Part shown: piece after piece, positions 53,034-61,670 of the stretch
How positions within the stretch are numbered: the first letter of the stretch is position 1
How the letters are laid out: the number at the start of each line of letters is the position of its first letter
DNA from: an uncultured Actinomycetota bacterium
GTDB lineage: Bacteria; Actinomycetota; UBA4738; HRBIN12
DNA: 64,000 nucleotides
Direction: 5' to 3'
Assembly (NCBI GenBank): GCA_963702405.1
Contig: CAVPCM010000001.1
Span: 121,320-185,319, forward strand
Notes under the pieces: model-generated
What the model saw: the letters and a program-made list of their open reading frames with translations, nothing else
Told to the model about the DNA's origin: nothing
Databases searched by the model: none
Position numbers and translations under genes: made by a program

Positions 53034-54035
53034 TCAGCTCCCCAACGTGGCCACCATCACGGCCTTGATCGTGTGCATCCGATTCTCGGCCTGGTCGAAG
53101 ACGATCGAGTGCTCGGACTCGAAGACCTCGTCCGTGACCTCCATCCCGTCGAGGCCGTACTTCTCGAAGATGTCCTCCCCCACCTTCGTCTCCCGGTTGT
53201 GGAACGCCGGGAGGCAGTGCAGGAACTTGACCTGCGGGTTTCCGGTCTTCTTCAGGATCTCGCCGTTGATCTGGTACGGCTTCAGGAGCTTGATCCGCTC
53301 CTCCCACACGCTGTGGTCCTCCCCCATCGAGACCCAGACGTCCGTGTAGAGGTAGTCGACGCCCTTCACGCCCTCGTCGACGTCGGCCGTGAGCGTGAGC
53401 CGGGCGCCGGTCTCCTCCGCGATCCCGCGGGCCGTCTTGACCAGCTCCTCCTCGGGCCAGAGGTGCTCGGGCGCGCACAGCCGGACGTCCATCCCGAACT
53501 TGCACCCGGCGACCATCAGGGAGTTCCCCATGTTGTTCCGCGCGTCGCCCAGGTAGCAGTACGCGATCTCGCCGAGGTGCTTGTCGCTGTGCTCGGTCAT
53601 CGTGAGCACGTCGGCCAGGGTCTGCGTGGGATGGAACTCGTTCGTCAGGCCGTTCCACACGGGGACGCCCGCGTACTCCGCCAGGATCTCGACCGTCGCC
53701 TGCGCGAACCCGCGGTATTCGATCCCGTCGAACGTGCGGCCCAACACGCGGGCCGTGTCCTTCATCGATTCCTTGTGCCCGATCTGGGAGCCGGTCGGTT
53801 CGAGGTAGGTTACCTGGGCGCCCTGATCGTGGGCGGCCACCTCGAACGCCGTCCTGGTCCGCGTTGAGGTCTTCTCGAAGATCAGGGCGATGTTCTTGCC
53901 AGCCAGCCTCGGTTGTTCGTACCCGCCGTACTTCGCCGCCTTCAGCTCGGCGGAGAGCTTCAGCAGGAACTTCAGCTCGTCGGGTGTGAAATCGAGCTCC
54001 TTCACGTAGCTGCGATTGCGAAGGTTGTATCCCAT
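53034..54035 (-). CDS. arcB: Ornithine carbamoyltransferase (catabolic by context)
   Basis: 'FEKTSTRTR', 'HPTQ', 'TDVWVSMG', 'HCLP', 'ENRMHTIK'. Confidence 0.95.
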   Translation of the reverse strand: MGYNLRNRSYVKELDFTPDELKFLLKLSAELKAAKYGGYEQPRLAGKNIALIFEKTSTRTRTAFEVAAHDQGAQVTYLEPTGSQIGHKESMKDTARVLGRTFDGIEYRGFAQATVEILAEYAGVPVWNGLTNEFHPTQTLADVLTMTEHSDKHLGEIAYCYLGDARNNMGNSLMVAGCKFGMDVRLCAPEHLWPEEELVKTARGIAEETGARLTLTADVDEGVKGVDYLYTDVWVSMGEDHSVWEERIKLLKPYQINGEILKKTGNPQVKFLHCLPAFHNRETKVGEDIFEKYGLDGMEVTDEVFESEHSIVFDQAENRMHTIKAVMVATLGS

Positions 54036-54062
54036 GTCCGTTCCCCTTCCTCTACGCCACGG

Positions 54063-56819
54063 CTACGCCACGGCCGGCGTCCGGGCGACACCTGCAGGCA
54101 CGCCCGCCCGGGAGCGGCGACGGATGAAGATCTTGATCAGCTCCTCGACCACCACCAGGCTCGATGCCAGCCCGAGGCAGATCCACCACTGCTCGAGGCT
54201 CAGATCGACCATCGAGAAGATGCGCTGCAGGAACCCGATCTTCGTCACGAGGATGATCGCCGCCAGGGACAGGGCGTACCGGCGGAGCTGCGTCGCTCCC
54301 GGCACCAGCCTCCGATCGAAGATCGTGTGCACCTGCTCCCGGGCGAGGAAGCCTGCTGCGAGGTGGAACAGCGACAAGGTGGTCAGGAGCATCGTGGAAG
54401 CCACCGCCACGTCGTAGTTGGATTCGCCGATCTGGTACGCGATCAACGTACCCACCGTCATCACGAACCCCTGCGCGCACAGTCGCACCCAGTTCGGCGC
54501 CGAGAGGACGGGAGCTCCCACAGGGCGCGGAGCACGTTCCATCAGACCCGGCGTGGGATCGTCGAAGCCGAGCGCGATCGCGATCGGGATGTCGATCACC
54601 ATGTTGAGCCACAAGATCTGGAGCGGATCCAGCGGGATGCCACCCGCGATGGCGAAGATGCCGGCCCCGATGAAGATCGCGATGTAGGCGACGAGCGTCG
54701 ACATCTGGAACCGCAGGTACTTCAACAGGTTGTCGTAGAGGCCCCGCCCGTACTCGACGGCACCCACGATCGTGGCGAAGTTGTCGTCGGTGAGGATCAT
54801 CACCGCGGCTTCCTTCGAGACCTCGGTGCCCGTGATCCCCATCGCAACGCCGATGTTGGCCGACTTGAGCGCGGGGGCGTCGTTCACGCCGTCCCCGGTC
54901 ATCGCGACGATGTTCTCCATCCGCTGGAGCATCCGGACGAGCCGGACCTTATCCTCAGGGGCGACCCGGGCGATCACGCCGATGTCGGGCAGCTCCCGGA
55001 GCAGCTGGTCGTCGCTCATCGCCGCGAACTCGGCGCCGGTGATCGCGCGCCCCTCGATCCCGAGCTCGCGGCCGATCGCCCCGGCGGTCGTAGCGTGGTC
55101 GCCGGTGATCATCCGCACACGGATCCCCGCGCTCTTGCACCGCGCGATCGCATCCCTCGCTTCCGGCCTGGGCGGGTCGACGATCCCCACCATCGCGAGG
55201 AGCGTGAGGTCCTCGACGAGGCTCAGCAGGTCGCCGCCCCGATCGAACGTTGCGGGGTCGAAGTCACGCTGCGCGACGACCATCACGCGCTCGCCGCCCT
55301 CCGCCATGCGGTCGTTCGCCTCGAGGGCGAGGTGCCGGTTGTCGTCGGTGATCGTCACGAGCGTCCCGTCGGGGCTCCGGAACGATCCACCGCGCGAGAT
55401 CAGGACGTCGGGCGCGCCTTTCACGTAGCAGCGGACGACGTGCCCCCGGCCCGGTTCGGTCATCTCGTGGAACGTCGCCATGAACTTGTACTCGGAGTCG
55501 AACGGGACCTCCGCGATCCGCGGGTACGTGGCGCGGGTCTCGTCCACGTCCAGCCCGCCCTTGGCGCCGAGCACGATCAAAGCGCCTTCGGTCGGGTCGC
55601 CGATCAGCCCCTCGCCCTCTAGGACGGCGTCGGCGCACAGGATCATCGGGAGCAGATAGGGGTCGAGGTCGATCCGTGATCCCCCGACATGCTGGATCTC
55701 ACCCTGGGTGGAATAGCCCTCGCCGGTGACCGTGAACCGGTTCTGCCCCGGGATCGCCATCTCGCGGGCGGTCATCTTGTTGAGCGTGAGGGTCCCGGTC
55801 TTGTCCGAACAGATCGCGGACGTGGATCCCAGCGTCTCGACGGCCGGGAGCCGCTTCACGATCGCGTTCCGGCGCGCGATCTCCTGCGTCCCGAGCGACA
55901 GGAGGGCCGTGACCACCGCGGGCAAGCCCGTCGGGATCGCGGCGACCGCGAGCGTCACGCCGGTGACGAACAGCGTGTCGAACGACTCGTCGCGCAGCAG
56001 CCCGAGCCCGATCACGAGCGCGAGCGCGATACCGGCGATGATCGCGATGATCTTGGACAGGCTGTCGAGCTGCTTCTGGAGCGGCGTCTTCTCGGACTCC
56101 GTGTTCGCGAGCATGTCGGCGATGTGGCCGATCTCGGTCCCCATGCCAGTATCGGTGACCACGAACTCACCTCGCCCGCGCGTGACGGACGTGTTCATGA
56201 ACGCCATGCAGATCCGATCCCCGAGCGGGACGTTCTCTCCCGTGACCGGCGCGACCTCCTTCCCGACGGGGAGGCTCTCGCCCGTGAGCGCGGCCTCCTC
56301 GATCTCGAGCGTCGCCGCGACGCAGATCCTCCCGTCGGCGGGGATGCGGTTACCGGCCTCCACCAGTACGACGTCGCCGGGGACCAGCTCCTCGGCGTCG
56401 ATCTCGATCGCCTGGCCGCCCCGGCGAACACGCGCGATCGTCCTCATCATCTTGGACAGCGCCTCGACGCTCGCCTCCGCCTTCGATTCTTGGCGCAGGC
56501 CGATCACCGCGTTGAACACCGTGAGCCCGGCCAGCAGGACCGTCGTCCCGATGTCGTCCGTGACGAGCGCGTTGATCACCGCGGCCGCCAACAGGATGAT
56601 CTGCATGAAGTCCTGGTACTGGCGCAGGAAGGCGCGGAACCCGGACTCCTTCTTGGCCCCCGCGAGTCGGTTGGGGCCGGTGGTTTCGAGCCGCGAGCGA
56701 GCTTCGTCCGCGCTCAGACCTCGCTCGGGATCGACGGCCAGCTCGCGCGCAACATCGGTCGTATCGAGCGAGTACCAGTCCCCTCGGACACCTATCGAAG
56801 TGCTCGCGGCAGCCGCCAT
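54063..56819 (-). CDS. P-type (P2-like) cation-transporting ATPase
   Basis: 'LTGES', 'DKTGTLT', 'KGAPD', 'MITGD', 'TGDGVNDAPAL'; M4 reads AAIPTGLP. Confidence 0.95.
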   Translation of the reverse strand: MAAAASTSIGVRGDWYSLDTTDVARELAVDPERGLSADEARSRLETTGPNRLAGAKKESGFRAFLRQYQDFMQIILLAAAVINALVTDDIGTTVLLAGLTVFNAVIGLRQESKAEASVEALSKMMRTIARVRRGGQAIEIDAEELVPGDVVLVEAGNRIPADGRICVAATLEIEEAALTGESLPVGKEVAPVTGENVPLGDRICMAFMNTSVTRGRGEFVVTDTGMGTEIGHIADMLANTESEKTPLQKQLDSLSKIIAIIAGIALALVIGLGLLRDESFDTLFVTGVTLAVAAIPTGLPAVVTALLSLGTQEIARRNAIVKRLPAVETLGSTSAICSDKTGTLTLNKMTAREMAIPGQNRFTVTGEGYSTQGEIQHVGGSRIDLDPYLLPMILCADAVLEGEGLIGDPTEGALIVLGAKGGLDVDETRATYPRIAEVPFDSEYKFMATFHEMTEPGRGHVVRCYVKGAPDVLISRGGSFRSPDGTLVTITDDNRHLALEANDRMAEGGERVMVVAQRDFDPATFDRGGDLLSLVEDLTLLAMVGIVDPPRPEARDAIARCKSAGIRVRMITGDHATTAGAIGRELGIEGRAITGAEFAAMSDDQLLRELPDIGVIARVAPEDKVRLVRMLQRMENIVAMTGDGVNDAPALKSANIGVAMGITGTEVSKEAAVMILTDDNFATIVGAVEYGRGLYDNLLKYLRFQMSTLVAYIAIFIGAGIFAIAGGIPLDPLQILWLNMVIDIPIAIALGFDDPTPGLMERAPRPVGAPVLSAPNWVRLCAQGFVMTVGTLIAYQIGESNYDVAVASTMLLTTLSLFHLAAGFLAREQVHTIFDRRLVPGATQLRRYALSLAAIILVTKIGFLQRIFSMVDLSLEQWWICLGLASSLVVVEELIKIFIRRRSRAGVPAGVARTPAVA

Positions 56820-56898
56820 CGAACCACCCCCTCTCGGAGAGCCAATGCTTCCGGACAACTCTTGCGACGAGGCTAGGCGCGCCGCGAGGGCGCCAGCA

Positions 56899-56915
56899 TC
56901 ACCCCTTTCGGATGA
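56899..56915 (-). promoter_or_regulatory. Palindrome box TCACCC-CTTTC-GGATGA with -10 TAGCCT (56875-56870)
   Basis: Perfect match; TANNNT ends 29 nt downstream; heads the ATPase-arc operon. Confidence 0.85.
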
Positions 56916-57086
56916 ATCTGCAAGGCGCGAGAGTCGCGAAGCCAGAGGCACGACCGCGATATTCCTCCGGATGCTCTACCGGCTCAGGGCGGGCCAAGGG
57001 CAAGCTTTCGACGTCGATCTCAGCGACGCATTCGCAGGTCCGACACCGGTTGGGAGGGCTACGGCTGCATGTAGCATGCGCCCGTC

Positions 57087-58604
57087 GTGACATCAACCGG
57101 GCGACGGTCGACCGCGATCATCCCTCGTTGGGAGTGGCGAACGTTTGGCTCCAGCTTCGGCGCGGCCGACGACGCGCTCGCAGAGCTCGCGTCGAGCGGC
57201 GACCCGAAGGAGAGCGACGAGCTCTACTTGCTGGCGACGGACGACGGCAACGTCAAGGTCCGCGATGGCCTGATGGACATCAAGGTGCTGCGCGAGGTCG
57301 ACCCGGCGGGCTTGGAACGGTGGGAGCCGGTGATGAAGCACGGGTTCCCTATCGCGGCCGAAGATGTTTCCTTCGTCCTCCAGGTCCTCCGGGTGCGGCA
57401 GCCACGGCTGACTCGGTCCGCGTACGACCTGGACCAGCTCCTCGATGAGCTCGTTCGACCGATCGGCGCGGTGCGGGAGGCGGAGATCCACAAACGGCGG
57501 ACCCGCTTCACGCTCGGCGGCTGCATGGCGGAGCTCACCGACGTGATCGCCGATGGCCGATCAACGCGCACTGTGGCGGTCGAGTCCGAGGACGCGCGGG
57601 CCGTTCTCGAGGCCGTGCGGAGTGTCGGGCTCGACAGCTACCTGAACGTCAGCTATCGACGCGGGTTGACCGCGCTCCTGGATGAGGTGCCACCGCGATA
57701 CGCCGTGATCGACGTGGGGACGAACTCGGTGAAGTTCCACGTGGGCGAACGCGGTCCCGATGGATCGTGGAGATCCGTGGTCGATCGGGCCGAGATGACG
57801 CGTCTCGGCGAGACTCTCCAGGAGACGGGCGGGATCTCGGATGCCGCGATCGAGCGGACCGCCGACGCGATCGCAGGGATGGCGGACGAAGCTCGACGCC
57901 TCGGCGTGCGCGCGATCGCTGCGGTCGGCACCGCGGGGATGCGGATCGCCCGGAACAGGGACGACGTCGTCCGCGCGGTCCGTGTGCGAGCCGGCGTCAC
58001 GATCGAAGTGGTCCCGGGAGATGAGGAGGCCAGGCTGGCGTACCGGGCCGTCAGGGCGGGACTTGGCCCGATCGAGGGCTCGGTCGTGGTCTTCGACACC
58101 GGGGGCGGGAGCTCCCAGTTCACGTTCGGCGAGGGGCCGAATGTGCTCGCGCGCTTCAGCGTCGACGTGGGCGCCGTCCGCTGCACCGAGCGGTTCGGTC
58201 TCGACCGGGCGGTCACGCCCGACGTGTTGAAGGAGGCGCTCGCCGCGATCTCTGAGGATCTCTCGCACCTCGACGACTACCCGTCGCCGGACGCGCTCGT
58301 CGGGATGGGCGGTGCCGTCACGAACATGACTGCGGTGATGTTCCAGCTCGCGACGTACGATCCCAGCCGGGTCCAGGGTGCAACCCTGGACCGGGCCGAG
58401 GTCGACCGGCAGATCGAGCTCTATCGATCGCTCGACGCGCACGCGCGTCGTGCGATCGTCGGGCTCCAGCCCAAGCGCGCGGACGTGATCCTCGCTGGTG
58501 CCTGCATCGTCCGCACGATCATGGAGAAGCTCGAGATGGGGTCACTGACCGTGAGCGATCGAGGCGTGCGCCACGGGGTCCTCGTGGATCGGTTCGGCCC
58601 GTAG
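57087..58604 (+). CDS. Ppx/GppA phosphatase with N-terminal CYTH-like domain
   Basis: N-terminal 'RWEWRTFG..ESDELYL..NVKVRDGLMDIK..VAVESED'; ASKHA motifs 'VIDVGTNSVK', 'EEARL', 'FDTGGGSSQ', 'RADVILAG'. Confidence 0.85.
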   Translation: MTSTGRRSTAIIPRWEWRTFGSSFGAADDALAELASSGDPKESDELYLLATDDGNVKVRDGLMDIKVLREVDPAGLERWEPVMKHGFPIAAEDVSFVLQVLRVRQPRLTRSAYDLDQLLDELVRPIGAVREAEIHKRRTRFTLGGCMAELTDVIADGRSTRTVAVESEDARAVLEAVRSVGLDSYLNVSYRRGLTALLDEVPPRYAVIDVGTNSVKFHVGERGPDGSWRSVVDRAEMTRLGETLQETGGISDAAIERTADAIAGMADEARRLGVRAIAAVGTAGMRIARNRDDVVRAVRVRAGVTIEVVPGDEEARLAYRAVRAGLGPIEGSVVVFDTGGGSSQFTFGEGPNVLARFSVDVGAVRCTERFGLDRAVTPDVLKEALAAISEDLSHLDDYPSPDALVGMGGAVTNMTAVMFQLATYDPSRVQGATLDRAEVDRQIELYRSLDAHARRAIVGLQPKRADVILAGACIVRTIMEKLEMGSLTVSDRGVRHGVLVDRFGP

Positions 58605-58960
58605 GGCCAACCTGCCTGTTCCTCTTCACGCCCGCGACACCGGAGAGCCTTGCCGAGGACGGCGCGAAGTCCGTGCTGGAAACCATCCCGGTTGGCTCGT
58701 CATCTTCGCGATCGAGGCATGGCTGGGCATCGTGTTCCGGTTCATGGCGAACACGACGTGCGAGATCGAGCGGCACAACCGGTGCGGCGAGTTCACCGTC
58801 ACGGCCGGTCCGTCCAAGCCCAGCTCGATGTGACCCGACCTCTCGTTCGGCCGCGCCTCTCGGCGCGATGGGCTCCGCGGTATGATGCGCATCGGTTCCT
58901 GACGGTTCGCTGGATCCGACGCACCGCCGCCGGCTAGGGTGCGTCCGAAGGGAGGCAGTC

Positions 58961-59410
58961 GTGAGCGATACGGACGTTGAGCTCGGCCCCATCGACTACG
59001 TCGTCGTCGAATGGCCCGCCGACAAGCAGCCCACGGGCGAGGCGTTCCCCTACCTCGTGGATCTCGTCGACCGCGGGCTGATCCGGGTCCTCGACCTGGC
59101 CTTCGTGAAGAAGGGGACGGACGGCACGATCGTCGGCCTCGATCTCCAGGACTTCGCCGTCGACGGGGATCCGCAACTCACGATCTTCGAAGGGGCTTCG
59201 TCTGGGTTGCTCGGCGACGACGACCGTGAGGAGGCCGGGAACGCGATCGAGCCCGGTTGCTCGGCGGCGTTGATCGTCTACGAGAACACGTGGGCGGCGC
59301 CGTTCGCGACCGCGCTACGGCACGGTGGCGCGCAGCTCGTCGCGACAGGCAGGATCCCGGTGAACGCGATCATCTCCGCCCTGGACGAGCTCGAGGGAGC
59401 TGGGGCGTAG
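58961..59410 (+). CDS. DUF6325 family protein
   Basis: 'LGPIDYVVVEWP', 'IRVLDLAFVKK..DG', 'YENTWAAPF', 'GRIP'. Confidence 0.85.
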   Translation: MSDTDVELGPIDYVVVEWPADKQPTGEAFPYLVDLVDRGLIRVLDLAFVKKGTDGTIVGLDLQDFAVDGDPQLTIFEGASSGLLGDDDREEAGNAIEPGCSAALIVYENTWAAPFATALRHGGAQLVATGRIPVNAIISALDELEGAGA

Positions 59411-59440
59411 CTCGAACGACCGGAAGGAAGGAGAGACCAC

Positions 59441-59713
59441 ATGCCCGGGTTGCTCAGAGGAGTCGCGAGGACCGCCGTGGTCGCTGGAACCGCGACGGCC
59501 GTGTCCAACCGCGTGTCGCGTCGCCAGGCGAGGCGCTGGGGGGACCAAGGTGCCGCCGATCAGTACTACGAGGACCAGGCGCAAGCGCCCGCCGCACCGG
59601 CCCACGACGATACGCTCGAGCGTTTGAAGGAGCTGGGGGAGCTGAAGGCGTCTGGCGTGCTGACGGAGGCTGAGTTCGAGGCGCAGAAGGCCAAGATCCT
59701 CGCCGGCGTCTGA
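59441..59713 (+). CDS. SHOCT domain protein
   Basis: 'MPGLLRGVARTAVVAGTATAVSNRVSRRQ'; C-terminal 'LKELGELKASGVLTEAEFEAQKAKIL'. Confidence 0.9.
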   Translation: MPGLLRGVARTAVVAGTATAVSNRVSRRQARRWGDQGAADQYYEDQAQAPAAPAHDDTLERLKELGELKASGVLTEAEFEAQKAKILAGV

Positions 59714-59836
59714 GTGGTTGGCCTCATCGCGCTGTACTTCACACGGATGATCTCGATCGAGCCGGCGGGTCGTCCTCGTGGGGTCGACCGGGTCCGGGTC
59801 TGCAAGATGGCGAGCGATTCCCCCAAGCACCCCTCG

Positions 59837-60319
59837 TCAGTGCAGTGAGATCTCGAGCCAGAGGAGCCCCGCACCCGCGGCGAGCAGAACGGCCGCCACC
59901 CAGAGAGAACGGCCCCAACTGATACCTGCTACCCGTGCTTCCCGGACGGCGAAGGTCCCGAGCGACAGGACGCCGGCCCCGATCGCCGCCCGCAGTCCAG
60001 CCTGATCCTCGAGCACGTCCAGCATCGCGAGGACCAGAGGGAGCAACGGGATCGGTACCGCCGCGAGGATCCCGATCTGTTCTCGCGCCGTCTCTGAGAA
60101 GCGACCGGTACGCAAGCGACCCCTCTCCGCGATGCGCGGGACGAGGTGGGCGTAGACGTGGGCCAGCCAGAACACGAGGGCCGTGCCCACGAGGATCGCC
60201 GCAGCGTCCTCCGGATCCGTTCGATCCTCCGCGAGGAGCACGAGGATCGTGAGGGAGACGACGGTGCCGTAGATCGCTCCGGCTGCGATCCGCTCGCGGC
60301 GGATGCGTCTTGCTTCCAT
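59837..60319 (-). CDS. Hypothetical membrane protein (4-5 TM)
   Basis: 'AIYGTVV', 'VFWLAHVYA'; nearly leaderless, with -10 TACCGT at 60334-60329. Confidence 0.75.
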   Translation of the reverse strand: MEARRIRRERIAAGAIYGTVVSLTILVLLAEDRTDPEDAAAILVGTALVFWLAHVYAHLVPRIAERGRLRTGRFSETAREQIGILAAVPIPLLPLVLAMLDVLEDQAGLRAAIGAGVLSLGTFAVREARVAGISWGRSLWVAAVLLAAGAGLLWLEISLH

Positions 60320-60429
60320 GCCTGCCGGACGGTATCAGCGCTCGCGAGGAAGCCCCCACACCACGGTGGATGCAGGCCCTATATGGGTTCACACCGGCAA
60401 GAAGCGGCCCGAGTCGCGAACTTCCCCTC

Positions 60430-60720
60430 GGTGGCCAAACCGAAGAACTTCCTTCCTATCCTCGTGCGCGCCACGGCGATCGAGGGCACCGACATCCTGG
60501 GTGAGCAGGAGGCGATCGTGCTGCTGATCTTCGTCGTGATCGCTTCCCTCGGGATGGGGACCCCCCGTCGTCCTGTCACTCGCGCTCGGCGAGCGTTCAC
60601 GGGTGATGCTGGATCAGGCGAAGGACCTGGATGTCGCGGAACAACGCGGCGATCATGTCTGTCCTGTTCCTCGTGTTCGCAGCCAAGCTGATCGGGGCGC
60701 GATCGCCCGCCTCTCAGCCT
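60430..60720 (+). pseudogene. 3' remnant of a GAP (DUF2910) family membrane protein
   Basis: Fragments in shifting frames: 'PKNFLPIL', 'VLLIFVVIASLG', 'WMSRNNAAIMSVLFLVFAAKLIG'; the N-terminal half is absent. Confidence 0.6.
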
Positions 60721-60750
60721 TTCCGTACCCGCATTTCGGCTTGCGCCGGA

Positions 60751-61662
60751 TCAGAAGACGGTGGCCCAGTCGTTCTTCATGCTGACGATGGTCCAGTCAG
60801 CCAGCTCGGCTTGCTCGAGCGCTCGCTCCGCTCCAGCCGTGTACTCGAACTCGCGCTCGCCGTCGTCGTGGAGAACGAGCAGGCGCAGGGATGGTTTCTC
60901 ATCGTGCTGGGCGTAGTGGAGCATCGGGACATCGCCGTTCGAGTTGCCCGCGGCGAGCAGCGGGCGGCGACCGATGCGGCTCCAGATGCGAACCGGCTTC
61001 ACCGGCCCGTCGTCCAGATAGTCGGGTTCGGCCCTGTGCGTGATCGTGCCGCCCCGTTCATCGCTTGTGTAGGCGAGCTCAGCGGTGCTGCCGATCACGC
61101 CCTCGCGGGGGATCCCATAGAGCTCCTCACTGATCGGTCGCATGAAGTCACGACCGCCGCCGGAAGCGATGTAGTTCTTGAACCCGGTCCTCCCCAAGTA
61201 GGCGAGCAACTCGACCATCGGCGCGTAGGCGCACTCGAGATAACCTCGGCCGAGCGTCGGATGCTTCGCGCTGCGAAGGAATCCATCTGCCTGCGCTTCG
61301 AAGTCCTCGACGCTCATCCCCTCGTAGGCCGACAGGATGCCGGCGCCGAGGATCCGGACGTTGGCGTCATCGCCGGCGTAGTGCTCGGTCATCACGGTGC
61401 TGAGCCACGCATAGTCGCGCTCGTGAGCAGCTTTCCACGGCTGACGCTCGCGCAGCTCGGGATCCGCCTCGGCCATCGCTGAAAGGCGGCGGAGGATGAA
61501 GTCGAGCTGGATCGGCATCGGCTTCTCGCACCACAGGGTGCCGTCGTTGTCGAACACGCCGATGCGATCTTCCGGTTGGACGTCGCTTGCCGCGTGCTCG
61601 GCGAAGTCGACGATCGCGCTCTTGGAGTCACCGTCGCTCCAGAGGGAGAGCGGATCCTCCAT
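60751..61662 (-). CDS. HAD family phosphatase, copy 2
   Basis: 'VFDNDGTLWCEKP', 'YIASGGG', 'AGNSNGD'; intact ORF. Confidence 0.9.
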   Translation of the reverse strand: MEDPLSLWSDGDSKSAIVDFAEHAASDVQPEDRIGVFDNDGTLWCEKPMPIQLDFILRRLSAMAEADPELRERQPWKAAHERDYAWLSTVMTEHYAGDDANVRILGAGILSAYEGMSVEDFEAQADGFLRSAKHPTLGRGYLECAYAPMVELLAYLGRTGFKNYIASGGGRDFMRPISEELYGIPREGVIGSTAELAYTSDERGGTITHRAEPDYLDDGPVKPVRIWSRIGRRPLLAAGNSNGDVPMLHYAQHDEKPSLRLLVLHDDGEREFEYTAGAERALEQAELADWTIVSMKNDWATVF

Positions 61663-61670
61663 CGCTCGCC

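Noticed and set aside
58620..58890. Possible short ORF or gene remnant (…HPGWLVIFAIEAWLGIVFRF…) and a TATGAT hexamer
   Set aside because: No clear start, RBS or family resemblance; no box at the expected distance from TATGAT.
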